Of a DNA stretch of 36,714 nucleotides, positions 18,822 to 28,218 are shown in pieces. Numbering within the stretch: position 1 is the first letter of the stretch; every line of letters begins with the position of its first letter. The notes beneath the pieces are model-generated. The model saw nothing but the letters and a program-made list of their open reading frames with translations. It had not been told where the DNA came from and did no database searches. The position numbers and the translations under genes are program-made. The stretch comes from an uncultured archaeon (GTDB taxonomy: Archaea > Asgardarchaeota > Thorarchaeia > Thorarchaeales > Thorarchaeaceae). Location of the stretch: positions 1 through 36,714 of the forward strand of contig CAYWJO010000035.1 in the NCBI GenBank assembly GCA_964458565.1. The letters run 5' to 3'.

Positions 18822-20618
18822 ATGAATGATGTGAGAAAATCAATTATTGATGGATTAGAATGGCCAACCGAAGAACTCAAGATGGCTGTCAAGAATCTTG
18901 ATAAGGGCAATAGAAGCAATATAGTAGAACTTGGAGATAATGTAATTGATATAACTGATGATTTCGAATCTAGATTTCTTTTGTTAATATTCATGCCTAG
19001 CATTAAACTGATCGGATTAGATCTATGGCTTGAAAGATGGAAGACTAAGAATTGGGGAGGTGTTTTTGCACGGGCTTTGAAAAGTAAATATGATGATCAC
19101 ATTTGTCTTCAATACATCTTTACTTATGCTAGGCAACTGACAATAATTAGTCCACTCTGGATGGTGCTCATCCCCGCGTTCCTGTCCCTTCTGGATTTAT
19201 TTGTGCTGAGTTATCCAGATACGGTTGTTGCATATCTTCCCCTGTTACTATATGGAGTGATACTCCATTTGGGAGACACTGTTTCTAGATTTCGTTTTAG
19301 AAGTAGTACAGTACTGATTTTCTTTTGGCTCCTCGAATTCATTAGAATTGATCCTTCCTTCGAGTATATCCCTTCCCTAATTATGGGATCATGCGCCTTG
19401 ATATCTGGAGTATTATGGACATATAACTTCATTTTGAAGCGGTCTGGAACCCCAGGTTCTCACTCAATGGATTATATTCCGGTCTTTATTTGGCTTCGTC
19501 ATCATGACATCTTGTATGGCAATTATCAATACTGGCATATGGAAAAAGCTAGTTGGGATGTGTTACATTACAAAGGAGTCGAACTGGATCGTGAACAAAT
19601 AGCTAAAAATGTTTGGAGATTGGTCACCGGGGACGAAAACTGGGACCCATTTTTGAAAGCGTTTGGAATGAATCGTTTGAAACTAGAGATAGATAATTCT
19701 TGGCATTCATTAACTCGTTCAAGGCATGTTGAGAACTATGAGATTAGTAAGGGGACACATGTATCAGACCGCATAACCACTTGGAGAGGTTTGTTGATAC
19801 GAACTCTAGTTGTGGCATGCTTTTTTGTGATAGCATGGGTTTCCTCAATCTTTGTAATCCCAGCATATCTCTACGCGTTCGTCGTATTATGGCTCATTGT
19901 TGAATTCTCACGTATTCGTTTCGATTTGTATGAAGAGCAATCTTCTACACTCGAGAAGATTCAGTGGCTATACACATTCAATCTCTTATCACTTCAGACA
20001 AGACATACGGAGATGATGATTGAGATATTTGAAGATGCATTGGAATGTAATGTGGAACACCTTGATGATGTCATGAAAAAACTAGAAGAATTCGAAACTG
20101 GATACTCAGCATTACAGGACATGGTCTATGATAAATACAAAATTGGACTCATGTACGGTTTGATGAGTATAAACTCAAAAATTCAGAATGCAGTTCCTTT
20201 ACAAGCTCACGTAAACAAAATTAGAAATTCATTGCATGAAAAAGCACAATCCACTCAAGATGACAGATATATAACTTTAGCAATGAAGTGTGAGAAGATC
20301 CATTCAGGAATAATAACACTTTACGGCCTTGCAAAACTAGGTAAAAAGAATGTAAATTTAGAAAAACCGATTGAAGAAATTGACAAACTATGGAAAAATC
20401 TTCAACTGACCTATATCAATGATGCACATTTGATAATTTTATGGAATTTAGGTTCATCACCTCTTGAAGAGAAGACCAAGAGTAGTGATGACTTTAGAGA
20501 GAACTTGAGAGATAGATGGGTTACACGTGAAAAGGAAGCTGAGAAAGCTCAGTTTTTAGTAAGGAAAAAAATACAAAATCCCTTTACTATGAAGTTTGAT
20601 TCATTCTTAGATGACTAG
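18822..20618 (+). CDS. Hypothetical multi-pass membrane protein with helical C-terminal region
   Basis: ~600-codon open frame with about 6 hydrophobic segments; no family recognised; start at 18819/18822 is more plausible than 18771. Confidence 0.7.
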   Translation: MNDVRKSIIDGLEWPTEELKMAVKNLDKGNRSNIVELGDNVIDITDDFESRFLLLIFMPSIKLIGLDLWLERWKTKNWGGVFARALKSKYDDHICLQYIFTYARQLTIISPLWMVLIPAFLSLLDLFVLSYPDTVVAYLPLLLYGVILHLGDTVSRFRFRSSTVLIFFWLLEFIRIDPSFEYIPSLIMGSCALISGVLWTYNFILKRSGTPGSHSMDYIPVFIWLRHHDILYGNYQYWHMEKASWDVLHYKGVELDREQIAKNVWRLVTGDENWDPFLKAFGMNRLKLEIDNSWHSLTRSRHVENYEISKGTHVSDRITTWRGLLIRTLVVACFFVIAWVSSIFVIPAYLYAFVVLWLIVEFSRIRFDLYEEQSSTLEKIQWLYTFNLLSLQTRHTEMMIEIFEDALECNVEHLDDVMKKLEEFETGYSALQDMVYDKYKIGLMYGLMSINSKIQNAVPLQAHVNKIRNSLHEKAQSTQDDRYITLAMKCEKIHSGIITLYGLAKLGKKNVNLEKPIEEIDKLWKNLQLTYINDAHLIILWNLGSSPLEEKTKSSDDFRENLRDRWVTREKEAEKAQFLVRKKIQNPFTMKFDSFLDD

Positions 20619-20715
20619 TGATATTAGCTAGAAAAGATATTGAATATTAGAAGAGAAACATAATCTACGTTATTAGAACCAGTTTTCACCCAGCGCTTAA
20701 AACAAATGGGGTGAA

Positions 20716-21045
20716 TCACATTGGTTTCATGTGGATGTTACTCATCAAACGGACGAAATCAAAATCGATATTCATCTCTCGCATTTTTTCAGGGTCAACA
20801 TGATAGAGGGGTTGTCTCATATCGTGAAGATTTGCCACACGTCTGCACAGGCGGTTATCGGTCAAATTCTTCAAGGCATTAGTAACAGTACGGGGAGACA
20901 ATCGAACATAGCCACGTATCTGTTTGGGAGTCATTGGACCTTGAGTAGCTAATTGATACAATACAACCAGAGCGCTCATTGGAAGAGAAGACAACTTCAT
21001 CACCTCTTTCATCAGTATTCGTTTTTGAATACGGCTTGGCAACAT
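20716..21045 (-). CDS. Small winged-helix (MarR/ArsR-like) regulator
   Basis: LPMSALVVLYQL...GPMTPKQI....LSPRTVTNALKNL....L..R..NLHDMRQ.LY; true start may be an internal Met. Confidence 0.8.
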   Translation of the reverse strand: MLPSRIQKRILMKEVMKLSSLPMSALVVLYQLATQGPMTPKQIRGYVRLSPRTVTNALKNLTDNRLCRRVANLHDMRQPLYHVDPEKMREMNIDFDFVRLMSNIHMKPM

Positions 21046-21208
21046 TTTATGGTCGATTTTGCCAGATAAACATACGGCAAATTACTAATAACTATTTTGC
21101 CATCAGCAATCATCGACTGAGTATGAGTCATGTTCAAAAAGAAGGGAGTACCGAACAAATTGAGGACGTGATATCCTGACAAGAAGAAGCAACGTTGACC
21201 GCAAGGAT

Positions 21209-22282
21209 TTGAGAATTCTTGCTGCATTGGACAGATTAGGAGGCAATGCATCAGCTCAGGAAATCAGCGACGAGATAGAAAAATCACACAAATTGAGGAT
21301 TCCAGCAAGGACTATCAGATACAGATTATCCATGATGATGGAGAGAGGGATATTACTTCCATCATTCTTACAGAGTCAAGAGAGGATAATCGGACTTGGT
21401 GAAAAAGTGATTATCGTCCAAGAACATGGGGGAATAAGTGAAGAACTCGAGAAAGTGATTGAGGCAATACCAATCTTTTACTGGTACGTTCCGACACATG
21501 GACACTACGACGGATATCTCATCCATGCAGTCTATGATACAAAGAATCCTAAATTGCACGAGATGATTTTGAAAAGGCTTCAGAAGAAACAACTCATCGA
21601 TAGTTATAGTGAGTTTGAGATTGTGGATTATGAGAGTAAAAGAGTAGATTTCACAAAATATGGACCTAGCGGCAGATGGTCGTGGGATTGGGAAAAATGG
21701 ATAAAGAATATCCCAACCAATATGGAATCTGAAGAGGGAAGTCCCCATAGTATGATAGCGGAATACAAGACCATTGATTGTGATGCAGCCGATATTGAAA
21801 TACTGAAGCAGCTGAAACTAGATCCCGAGGTTTCTATGACAACTCTCTCGCTGTTGTTAAACCAGTCAATCAACCAAGTGCGAGACAAGGTACAACGATT
21901 TCGTGATAATGGCGTAATTAGAGGATCAAAGAGAGCGTATGGTTTTGCGGGAGACCTGCTTTGGTTCTCAACATTCATTGAGATTGAGGAATCAGTCAAT
22001 GGAGTTTTGAAAAACTTCTACGACTTACCCTTCCCCGGGGTTGTACTTATGGAGAACCCAAAGAAATTCTGCTTCCGTTTCGGTCTGGAAACCACAGACC
22101 TGAAGAGATTTTTGGAAGGATTTAGACTCATGCGGGGGAAACTGAAATCTTACTTCTTCCAATTTCACCTTCCGGACAGAATAGAATCGAGCTATCAGGA
22201 CATCTTTTCATTATTTGATAGTACTAGTAATAGATGGAATATGCCATTGGATGAGTATCTCAAAATTATAGATCGATTCTGA
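21209..22282 (+). CDS. Lrp/AsnC-like regulator with two wHTH-containing halves
   Basis: N-terminal HTH (SAQEI...RTIRYRL..M.ERG) and second D..DIEILKQL..D...S...LS...VRDKVQRF...GVI unit; start may lie upstream. Confidence 0.75.
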   Translation: MRILAALDRLGGNASAQEISDEIEKSHKLRIPARTIRYRLSMMMERGILLPSFLQSQERIIGLGEKVIIVQEHGGISEELEKVIEAIPIFYWYVPTHGHYDGYLIHAVYDTKNPKLHEMILKRLQKKQLIDSYSEFEIVDYESKRVDFTKYGPSGRWSWDWEKWIKNIPTNMESEEGSPHSMIAEYKTIDCDAADIEILKQLKLDPEVSMTTLSLLLNQSINQVRDKVQRFRDNGVIRGSKRAYGFAGDLLWFSTFIEIEESVNGVLKNFYDLPFPGVVLMENPKKFCFRFGLETTDLKRFLEGFRLMRGKLKSYFFQFHLPDRIESSYQDIFSLFDSTSNRWNMPLDEYLKIIDRF

Positions 22283-22365
22283 TTAATATCTCAAGGCTAC
22301 AGAATGAATCCACAGATACGCTTTCTTGATTCAGATTCTGTCCAACCATTCTACGAATTTTGGAC

Positions 22366-22821
22366 TCAGAAATCCAAACGAATTGTTTCCCATCGGACCC
22401 TTCCGGCCTCAACTGCTTCTTTGATTTTTCTTTCTGTCTTATTGAGTGTTGCAGATCCGGTCTTGATATCTGCAAGTACAACAGTGATGGGTTCCTCGGA
22501 GTTTCCATCCTTCACAGCGGAGTATCCATCAAATATCAAATAGTCTATGGGAGCTCCAATGAAGCGAGCATCAGAAGGATCAAATGGAAACACATCACTA
22601 AGCAGCGGGACCATGTGTTCAGCTATTTTTCCCTTCAGAACATATCGACTCCTCTGAGCCGCATCTTTTCTCACGGATGATTCTTGTTCAGCCCAACTTG
22701 CCCGAAATTCTGCCTCCACCATTGAGATACGATGTCTAAGTCTTATACGCATCACTAGATATACCAAGACAGCAAATACAATACCTATTCCCAATCCAAG
22801 CAGTGTATCGGCGAATGCCAT
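22366..22821 (-). CDS. Holliday junction resolvase-like endonuclease (Endonuc_Holl type) with N-terminal TM
   Basis: R.DA..RSR..LKGKIAEH..P, ARFIGAPIDYLIFDG, DIKTG.A.L...ER.IKEAV..G.V.W. Confidence 0.85.
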   Translation of the reverse strand: MAFADTLLGLGIGIVFAVLVYLVMRIRLRHRISMVEAEFRASWAEQESSVRKDAAQRSRYVLKGKIAEHMVPLLSDVFPFDPSDARFIGAPIDYLIFDGYSAVKDGNSEEPITVVLADIKTGSATLNKTERKIKEAVEAGRVRWETIRLDF

Positions 22822-22908
22822 GACATAATAATGTGGTATTTAGAGAATATAATGTCCGGTAATCCCCAGGGATTATGTAAAAAAAGAAAAGAGAAGTAAA
22901 GGAATCCT

Positions 22909-23745
22909 TTACTTCACGTAGAAGGGTACACCAAGGTTATCAAACATCACTGGGCAGCTATCTGGCTGCTCTGCGATAACGTATGGACGACCTTCCCAGA
23001 AGGCATCCTGTAGATTATCGTAGGGACCGTTCAGAATAGTTTGGTCTACACAGTAATAGAAGAATAAAGTATTCTCCAATGCGGTGTAATCCCAACCATA
23101 TTGATCAGCCTCAGCAGCAGCGATGTATAAAACACCACTCCTTCGTTCATATGGCTGATCGAACATTCCACCACTGTGACAACTGCCATAGACAGCTGCG
23201 ATGTGGGTTGACTCAAATTGTGCAAATATACTTGCAACGTATGAATCTGTAACAGCTCGAAGATCCCAGGATACAAGACATTCGTCATATCCATCTGATT
23301 CAATATCAGTGTCCCAACTACCATCTTGAGTTCGTGAACCATGACCTGAGTAGAAGAAGACAACTTCTGAGTTTGGACCCTCTTTGGTAATGAGCCAATT
23401 AAGAGCCTCCTCAATATTTGCCTTTGAGGCTTGGTTATCAATAGCAAGAGCATAGTTGTAACCATATGATTCTAGAATAGCCTTCATCTCAAGTGCATCG
23501 TTATGTGGGTTCCAGAGATCTGATGATTTACCATCATAGTCTGATATACCAATGATGACTGCCCACTTATCTTGAGTACTCCATATATTGTAGGTCACTG
23601 GTTCTGGATCTGAAGTCCACCTTCCACCAGGGGTACCGCCAGGCATAATGAGATTTGAGTCATTAGTTGTAGCGATAACAATTGATGGAAAGAGAAGACC
23701 CATTGCAAGTGCTACTAAGAATACTGCTGCAAAAGCTCGTTTCAT
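22909..23745 (-). CDS. Secreted caspase-family (peptidase C14, metacaspase-like) protease
   Basis: Signal peptide; KWAVIIGISDY, NDA, FFYSGHG (catalytic His), DGYDECL, SCHSGG (catalytic Cys). Confidence 0.88.
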   Translation of the reverse strand: MKRAFAAVFLVALAMGLLFPSIVIATTNDSNLIMPGGTPGGRWTSDPEPVTYNIWSTQDKWAVIIGISDYDGKSSDLWNPHNDALEMKAILESYGYNYALAIDNQASKANIEEALNWLITKEGPNSEVVFFYSGHGSRTQDGSWDTDIESDGYDECLVSWDLRAVTDSYVASIFAQFESTHIAAVYGSCHSGGMFDQPYERRSGVLYIAAAEADQYGWDYTALENTLFFYYCVDQTILNGPYDNLQDAFWEGRPYVIAEQPDSCPVMFDNLGVPFYVK

Positions 23746-23885
23746 GGTAGTTCCTTCTCCCGGGTATTAACCACGGACGAATATTTTAGAAAAGAAAAAG
23801 ATACTTATAAATATCTTGCTTTTCTAATTCAAAGCATACTTATAAAGTGTATTTACATTTCTAAAAGAGTTCAACACGAGAATAG

Positions 23886-24362
23886 GTGGAGCATATGAGA
23901 ACTACGGAAATAAGATACCTACTTGTACTCGCACTGTCAATGGTTGTGCTAGTACCGATTGTAAGTGCACAACCGCGAATAGCGTCTGTAGAGTCAATAT
24001 ACATTGCAGATGCGTACTATGCAGATCTCGACGAAGATGGTTATGAAGATGATATCAAAATACTTCTTGAATTCAGCTTTGAGAGTATAGAACCGATACG
24101 TGTAGACCTCAATATCTGGGTAGAGTTGCCATCAGGATTGATGTACGCATTTCGTGTTTCGGTGTATAGAGCACCAGCTCAATCAACGCTAAATATTGAC
24201 TGTATCGACATGGCGACAGAGAGTGGCTGGTACACGGTGACAATGATAGCATCGGTAATGGGAACTGGTGCAGGAAGATTATTCATAACAGACCAGCTTG
24301 AGTTTGACCCTCCCACCGGTACAGGACCAGGAATTATACCAAAGGTTGATGCGTACTTCTGA
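23886..24362 (+). CDS. Hypothetical secreted beta-rich protein
   Basis: Signal peptide ending VSA-Q; DLDEDGYED Ca-binding-like loop; FDPP C-terminal motif. Confidence 0.7.
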   Translation: MEHMRTTEIRYLLVLALSMVVLVPIVSAQPRIASVESIYIADAYYADLDEDGYEDDIKILLEFSFESIEPIRVDLNIWVELPSGLMYAFRVSVYRAPAQSTLNIDCIDMATESGWYTVTMIASVMGTGAGRLFITDQLEFDPPTGTGPGIIPKVDAYF

Positions 24363-25485
24363 ACAAGAGGGTATCATTGAGGTGAATGCTGAAAAATTAG
24401 GTCTGCTCTTTGCATTACAAGAAAGTCCTACAGCATCTGCTGTTGCTCTCGCAAAGAAAATTAAGAAAACTCCACCTACAGCTAGAGCGTGGCTAGATGC
24501 CCTTAGTAAGGAGCAAGTCTATGGAGGAGTTCAAGCATCACTTCGTGTCAGACGTATCGGAATGGAAATGGATGATTTTCTACTAGATGTAGACTCGTAT
24601 GATGCTGTAAAAAAGATTGAACGATTTTGTGACGAGCATCCATACACATCATACCGTGCTCGTATTTTTGGAGGCTCAACTCAAGGTATTGTACTTCAAT
24701 TTAGGCAACCGGATCAAGCAAGAACGCATCTCATTGATGCTCTGAACGTAATGAAGAAACAGGGCATTGTAAAAGGCATCCGGGAACTACCGACTTTACG
24801 AGCTGAGTATGGTTCCACCTATACAAGACCGAGATTAGAAGCCTGGGACCCACAAAGGTTGGTCTGGAACTTCAATTGGGATGAATGGTGGGACAAAGCA
24901 CCCAAAAAACCTGAAACCATCCTTCCAGCTAAAGATGATCGAGGAGTGATTACGCTTGATGAACTTGATGTCAAACTGCTTGAAGAACTCACCAAGAATG
25001 CTCGTAGGAAAAATACAGAGATTATAGATGCAATGGGCCTTGAGAAGGACACAATGGGTGTGCAGCAATTGGTATCTCAGAAAATAAAGCGTCTGGAGGA
25101 AGAGGTTATCGAGTCTTATAGAGTATTCATTAATTGGACATACTTTGATGTTTACAACACCCCATTTGTGATTGCTAAAGCAGATGAGTCCTCTACGGAC
25201 CGCTTGATCTATCATCTTGCAACCAGTGATTTCCCATTTGGGTCAACAATAAGGAAGACCGAAGATGGGTTTGTCTGGTCAGCAAGACTACCCTCAGCCC
25301 ACCTTTCAGAGATGATTGCTTTGGTTTGGCAGATTTCCAAAAAGTATGAAGTTTTGATGTTTGATTACAAACATTCCGAGCTGTACGGACTCTGGGCTGA
25401 TACCTTTGATAAGACAAAAAATGAGTGGCGAACAGATAGAGCGTTTTGTTTTGATGCCCCCATGAAGAGTTTTGAACTGGTATAA
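24349..25485 (+). CDS. Lrp/AsnC-like regulator with two wHTH-containing halves (paralog of 21209..22282)
   Basis: N-terminal HTH, W.F.WDEW linker, LDELDVKLLEELTKNAR second HTH; start probably ATG 24349 or GTG 24382. Confidence 0.75.
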   Translation: MRTSEQEGIIEVNAEKLGLLFALQESPTASAVALAKKIKKTPPTARAWLDALSKEQVYGGVQASLRVRRIGMEMDDFLLDVDSYDAVKKIERFCDEHPYTSYRARIFGGSTQGIVLQFRQPDQARTHLIDALNVMKKQGIVKGIRELPTLRAEYGSTYTRPRLEAWDPQRLVWNFNWDEWWDKAPKKPETILPAKDDRGVITLDELDVKLLEELTKNARRKNTEIIDAMGLEKDTMGVQQLVSQKIKRLEEEVIESYRVFINWTYFDVYNTPFVIAKADESSTDRLIYHLATSDFPFGSTIRKTEDGFVWSARLPSAHLSEMIALVWQISKKYEVLMFDYKHSELYGLWADTFDKTKNEWRTDRAFCFDAPMKSFELV

Positions 25486-25550
25486 ATTTTGTAAAGATTG
25501 ATGCCACAATCTCTATTTGGGATGGGATATTAGCACATTTGGTTGAAAAG

Positions 25551-26594
25551 ATGACGTTGGATTCGTTTGACACGTTAAAGACTCTATGCGATTTAATAGG
25601 ACCTGTTGGAAGAGAATCACAGGTACAAGAAAAAGTGAAGGAGTATCTCGGTGCTTATTGTCCAGATATTTCACAGGATAAAATTGGCAACTTAACAGCA
25701 ACGCTCAAGGGTACAAGTAAAAAATACGCAATTGTTGCTCATGCAGATGAAGTTGGATTTCTTGTAAGTGGGATTAACGAGAATGGATTTATTCAGACGA
25801 AATGGAACACTGAAGGATATATGCCAGATTTACGATTATTACCAGGTCAACGAGTCCAAATCATGACCGATTCAGGATTAGTACCGGGTTGTTTTGCTGT
25901 TAAGACAGCTCACATCGCAGGTGCAGAAGGAAAAAATGTCATTCCTAAGTATGAAGAAATCTTCTTGGATGTAGGAGCAGATTCTGCTGATATGGTCACT
26001 GAGATGGGGATTAATATTGGGGATTCAGTCATTTATGATTCGTCACTTCAAAAGATTGGAAAATATGTTATTGGAAAGTCGATTGATGATCGAATTGGAA
26101 TTACAATGATGGTTCTGCTTGCTGAGAGATTATCCAAGATCTCAGAAGTTGAACGTCCTTCTGTCACGTTCATAAGTACAGTAATGGAGGAGATGGGAGC
26201 TAAAGGAGCTGCAGCCGTAGCACAGGGCTTGGATGTGGATGGAGTGATTATCGCAGAAGTTGGATTGGCAGATGATTACCCAGGAACATCAGGAGAAGCT
26301 GGAGTTTCATTAGGAATAGGTCCAGTTGTCGTTGTGAAAGACAACCAAATACACTATTCACATGAACAGAATCAGAAATTATTTGAAACTGCCAAAAGAA
26401 TGAATATTGAGATTCAACGAGCAGTCTATCATAATTATGCGACTGATGGAGCACAAATAGCGATTCAGGGTCAATTGGTTTCTGTTGTAGCAGTTCCATG
26501 TCGATATACACATAGTAGTTTTGAAATGATTGACATCAAGGACATGGAAAAATCAATTGATCTGATGTATGAGTTTCTCACTCAATCGCAGTGA
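25551..26594 (+). CDS. M42 family (TET-like) aminopeptidase
   Basis: AHADEVG, KSIDDRIG, EEMG.KGA, TDG, PCRYTHS..E. Confidence 0.92.
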   Translation: MTLDSFDTLKTLCDLIGPVGRESQVQEKVKEYLGAYCPDISQDKIGNLTATLKGTSKKYAIVAHADEVGFLVSGINENGFIQTKWNTEGYMPDLRLLPGQRVQIMTDSGLVPGCFAVKTAHIAGAEGKNVIPKYEEIFLDVGADSADMVTEMGINIGDSVIYDSSLQKIGKYVIGKSIDDRIGITMMVLLAERLSKISEVERPSVTFISTVMEEMGAKGAAAVAQGLDVDGVIIAEVGLADDYPGTSGEAGVSLGIGPVVVVKDNQIHYSHEQNQKLFETAKRMNIEIQRAVYHNYATDGAQIAIQGQLVSVVAVPCRYTHSSFEMIDIKDMEKSIDLMYEFLTQSQ

Positions 26595-26958
26595 CCTTAA
26601 CCTTCATACTCTCTCGGGATATGATCTTGACTCTTGCACCTTTAGGAATCTCCCCAATCTCACAACGTGCATCCCAGATCTCTTGGCCTACCTTAATCTT
26701 CCCAGTCTGAGGTGTAACGGTAACAGTTACCTGCCCCTCCATTCCTGCTAATTCGTATAGAGTAGAGAAGTCATCTTGTAGTGCAGGATAAATGATATAC
26801 CATTTCCCTGCAACGAAAATAGCTGATCCAATTAGTCCAACAACGATTGAGATTAAGACATAGTCAGGTGCAAATAAGGCAATCAATGCGATTGCTATCG
26901 GAACCAATACAAGCTCGTCGATTGTTATCAGTACGAATTTAACTCTTGGTGAAACCAT
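26578..26958 (-). CDS. NfeD family membrane protein (C-terminal OB fold)
   Basis: Two TM segments then L.G.EG.V...V.P.TG.IKV..E.W.A......I.KG..V.I. Confidence 0.85.
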   Translation of the reverse strand: MVSPRVKFVLITIDELVLVPIAIALIALFAPDYVLISIVVGLIGSAIFVAGKWYIIYPALQDDFSTLYELAGMEGQVTVTVTPQTGKIKVGQEIWDARCEIGEIPKGARVKIISRESMKVKVTAIE

Positions 26959-27086
26959 TCATTGTTCCTCACGTCTTACTTCACTCTCCTATTGTAATGA
27001 ATACGGAAAAAGGTTTGCAGACCTGAAATTGGTTAAACCAGCACGCTTTATAGAAAGAGAAACAGCGCTGCAAATAGAGGATACTA

Positions 27087-28211
27087 GTGAAAACTGAAAC
27101 AATCCAGATGACAGCAGGTGCTGCATTGTTATCTTCCTTCACCTACATACCCATTCTCGCGAAGGACACGTTAAGTGCGGATGAGTTTCTAATAACTATC
27201 CTCGTAGGTGCTTATGCCACTGCAGCCTTTGTATCAAGCTATATCTTTGGACGAGGAGGAGATATCTATGGAAGAAGAATTATCCTTCGACTAGGATTGT
27301 TACTATCAACAGTGACTTTTGCGTTGCTCATGGTTACATATACTATCGAAGTGCTTTTTGTGGTCAGAATTCTAAACGGGTTCTGTGCTGGAATCTATCC
27401 AGGGGCTCTTGCAGCCTATGCATATGATTCCGAGATGAAAATGGGGAGATTTGCATCATTTGGTGCACTCGGATGGGGATTTGGCACTCTTTTCGCAGGT
27501 TATGCAGCATCAATACAGATTCATCTAGCGTTTGCAGTATCTACACTGTTTCTATCCATCGCATTCATTAGTGCAATGACATTACCAACCATGAAACGTT
27601 CTTTCATCAAGGTGCCTTTATTTCCAATTGATACACTAAAGAGAAACTTCGCTGTATATCTAGCAATTCTTATCAGGCATAGCAGTGCGAATGCATTGTG
27701 GACACTTTGGAGCCCCTTTTTGATTAGTCTAGGAGCTGATACAGTCCAAATAGGAATCATCCAAGCGATGAATTCCATTGCTCAAGTCGTCTTTATGATA
27801 ACGATTATCGATAAATTCGATTACAAGAGGCTTGTACAAGTTGGTCTCATTACAACCTCAATTACATTCTCATATTTCCTCGTCGTGGCTCTATATTTGG
27901 ATTGGGTACAAATGATACCAGCACAGATACTTCTTGGGTTTTCATGGTCATGTCTATATGTGGGTGCTTTGAAGTTCGTAACAGAAAGAAATGTGGAAAC
28001 ATCTACAGCATCGGGTCTTCTCGTGTCTATGTTAAGTATAGCGGGAATCCTCGGTCCGATTATGGCTGCAGTCATTCGCATATTCACAATCAGTTACATT
28101 CCAATTATTTTGAATGTAGTAGTACTCTCTATGGTGGCGCTCTTCATATTCATTTACAATACTAGGAGAGATGAGGAAAGGCCACCTTATATCGAACACC
28201 TGTCTGATTAA
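27087..28211 (+). CDS. MFS transporter
   Basis: Motif A-like FGRGGDIYGRR, RILNG, ~12 TM segments. Confidence 0.9.
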   Translation: MKTETIQMTAGAALLSSFTYIPILAKDTLSADEFLITILVGAYATAAFVSSYIFGRGGDIYGRRIILRLGLLLSTVTFALLMVTYTIEVLFVVRILNGFCAGIYPGALAAYAYDSEMKMGRFASFGALGWGFGTLFAGYAASIQIHLAFAVSTLFLSIAFISAMTLPTMKRSFIKVPLFPIDTLKRNFAVYLAILIRHSSANALWTLWSPFLISLGADTVQIGIIQAMNSIAQVVFMITIIDKFDYKRLVQVGLITTSITFSYFLVVALYLDWVQMIPAQILLGFSWSCLYVGALKFVTERNVETSTASGLLVSMLSIAGILGPIMAAVIRIFTISYIPIILNVVVLSMVALFIFIYNTRRDEERPPYIEHLSD

Positions 28212-28218
28212 CATCCCT

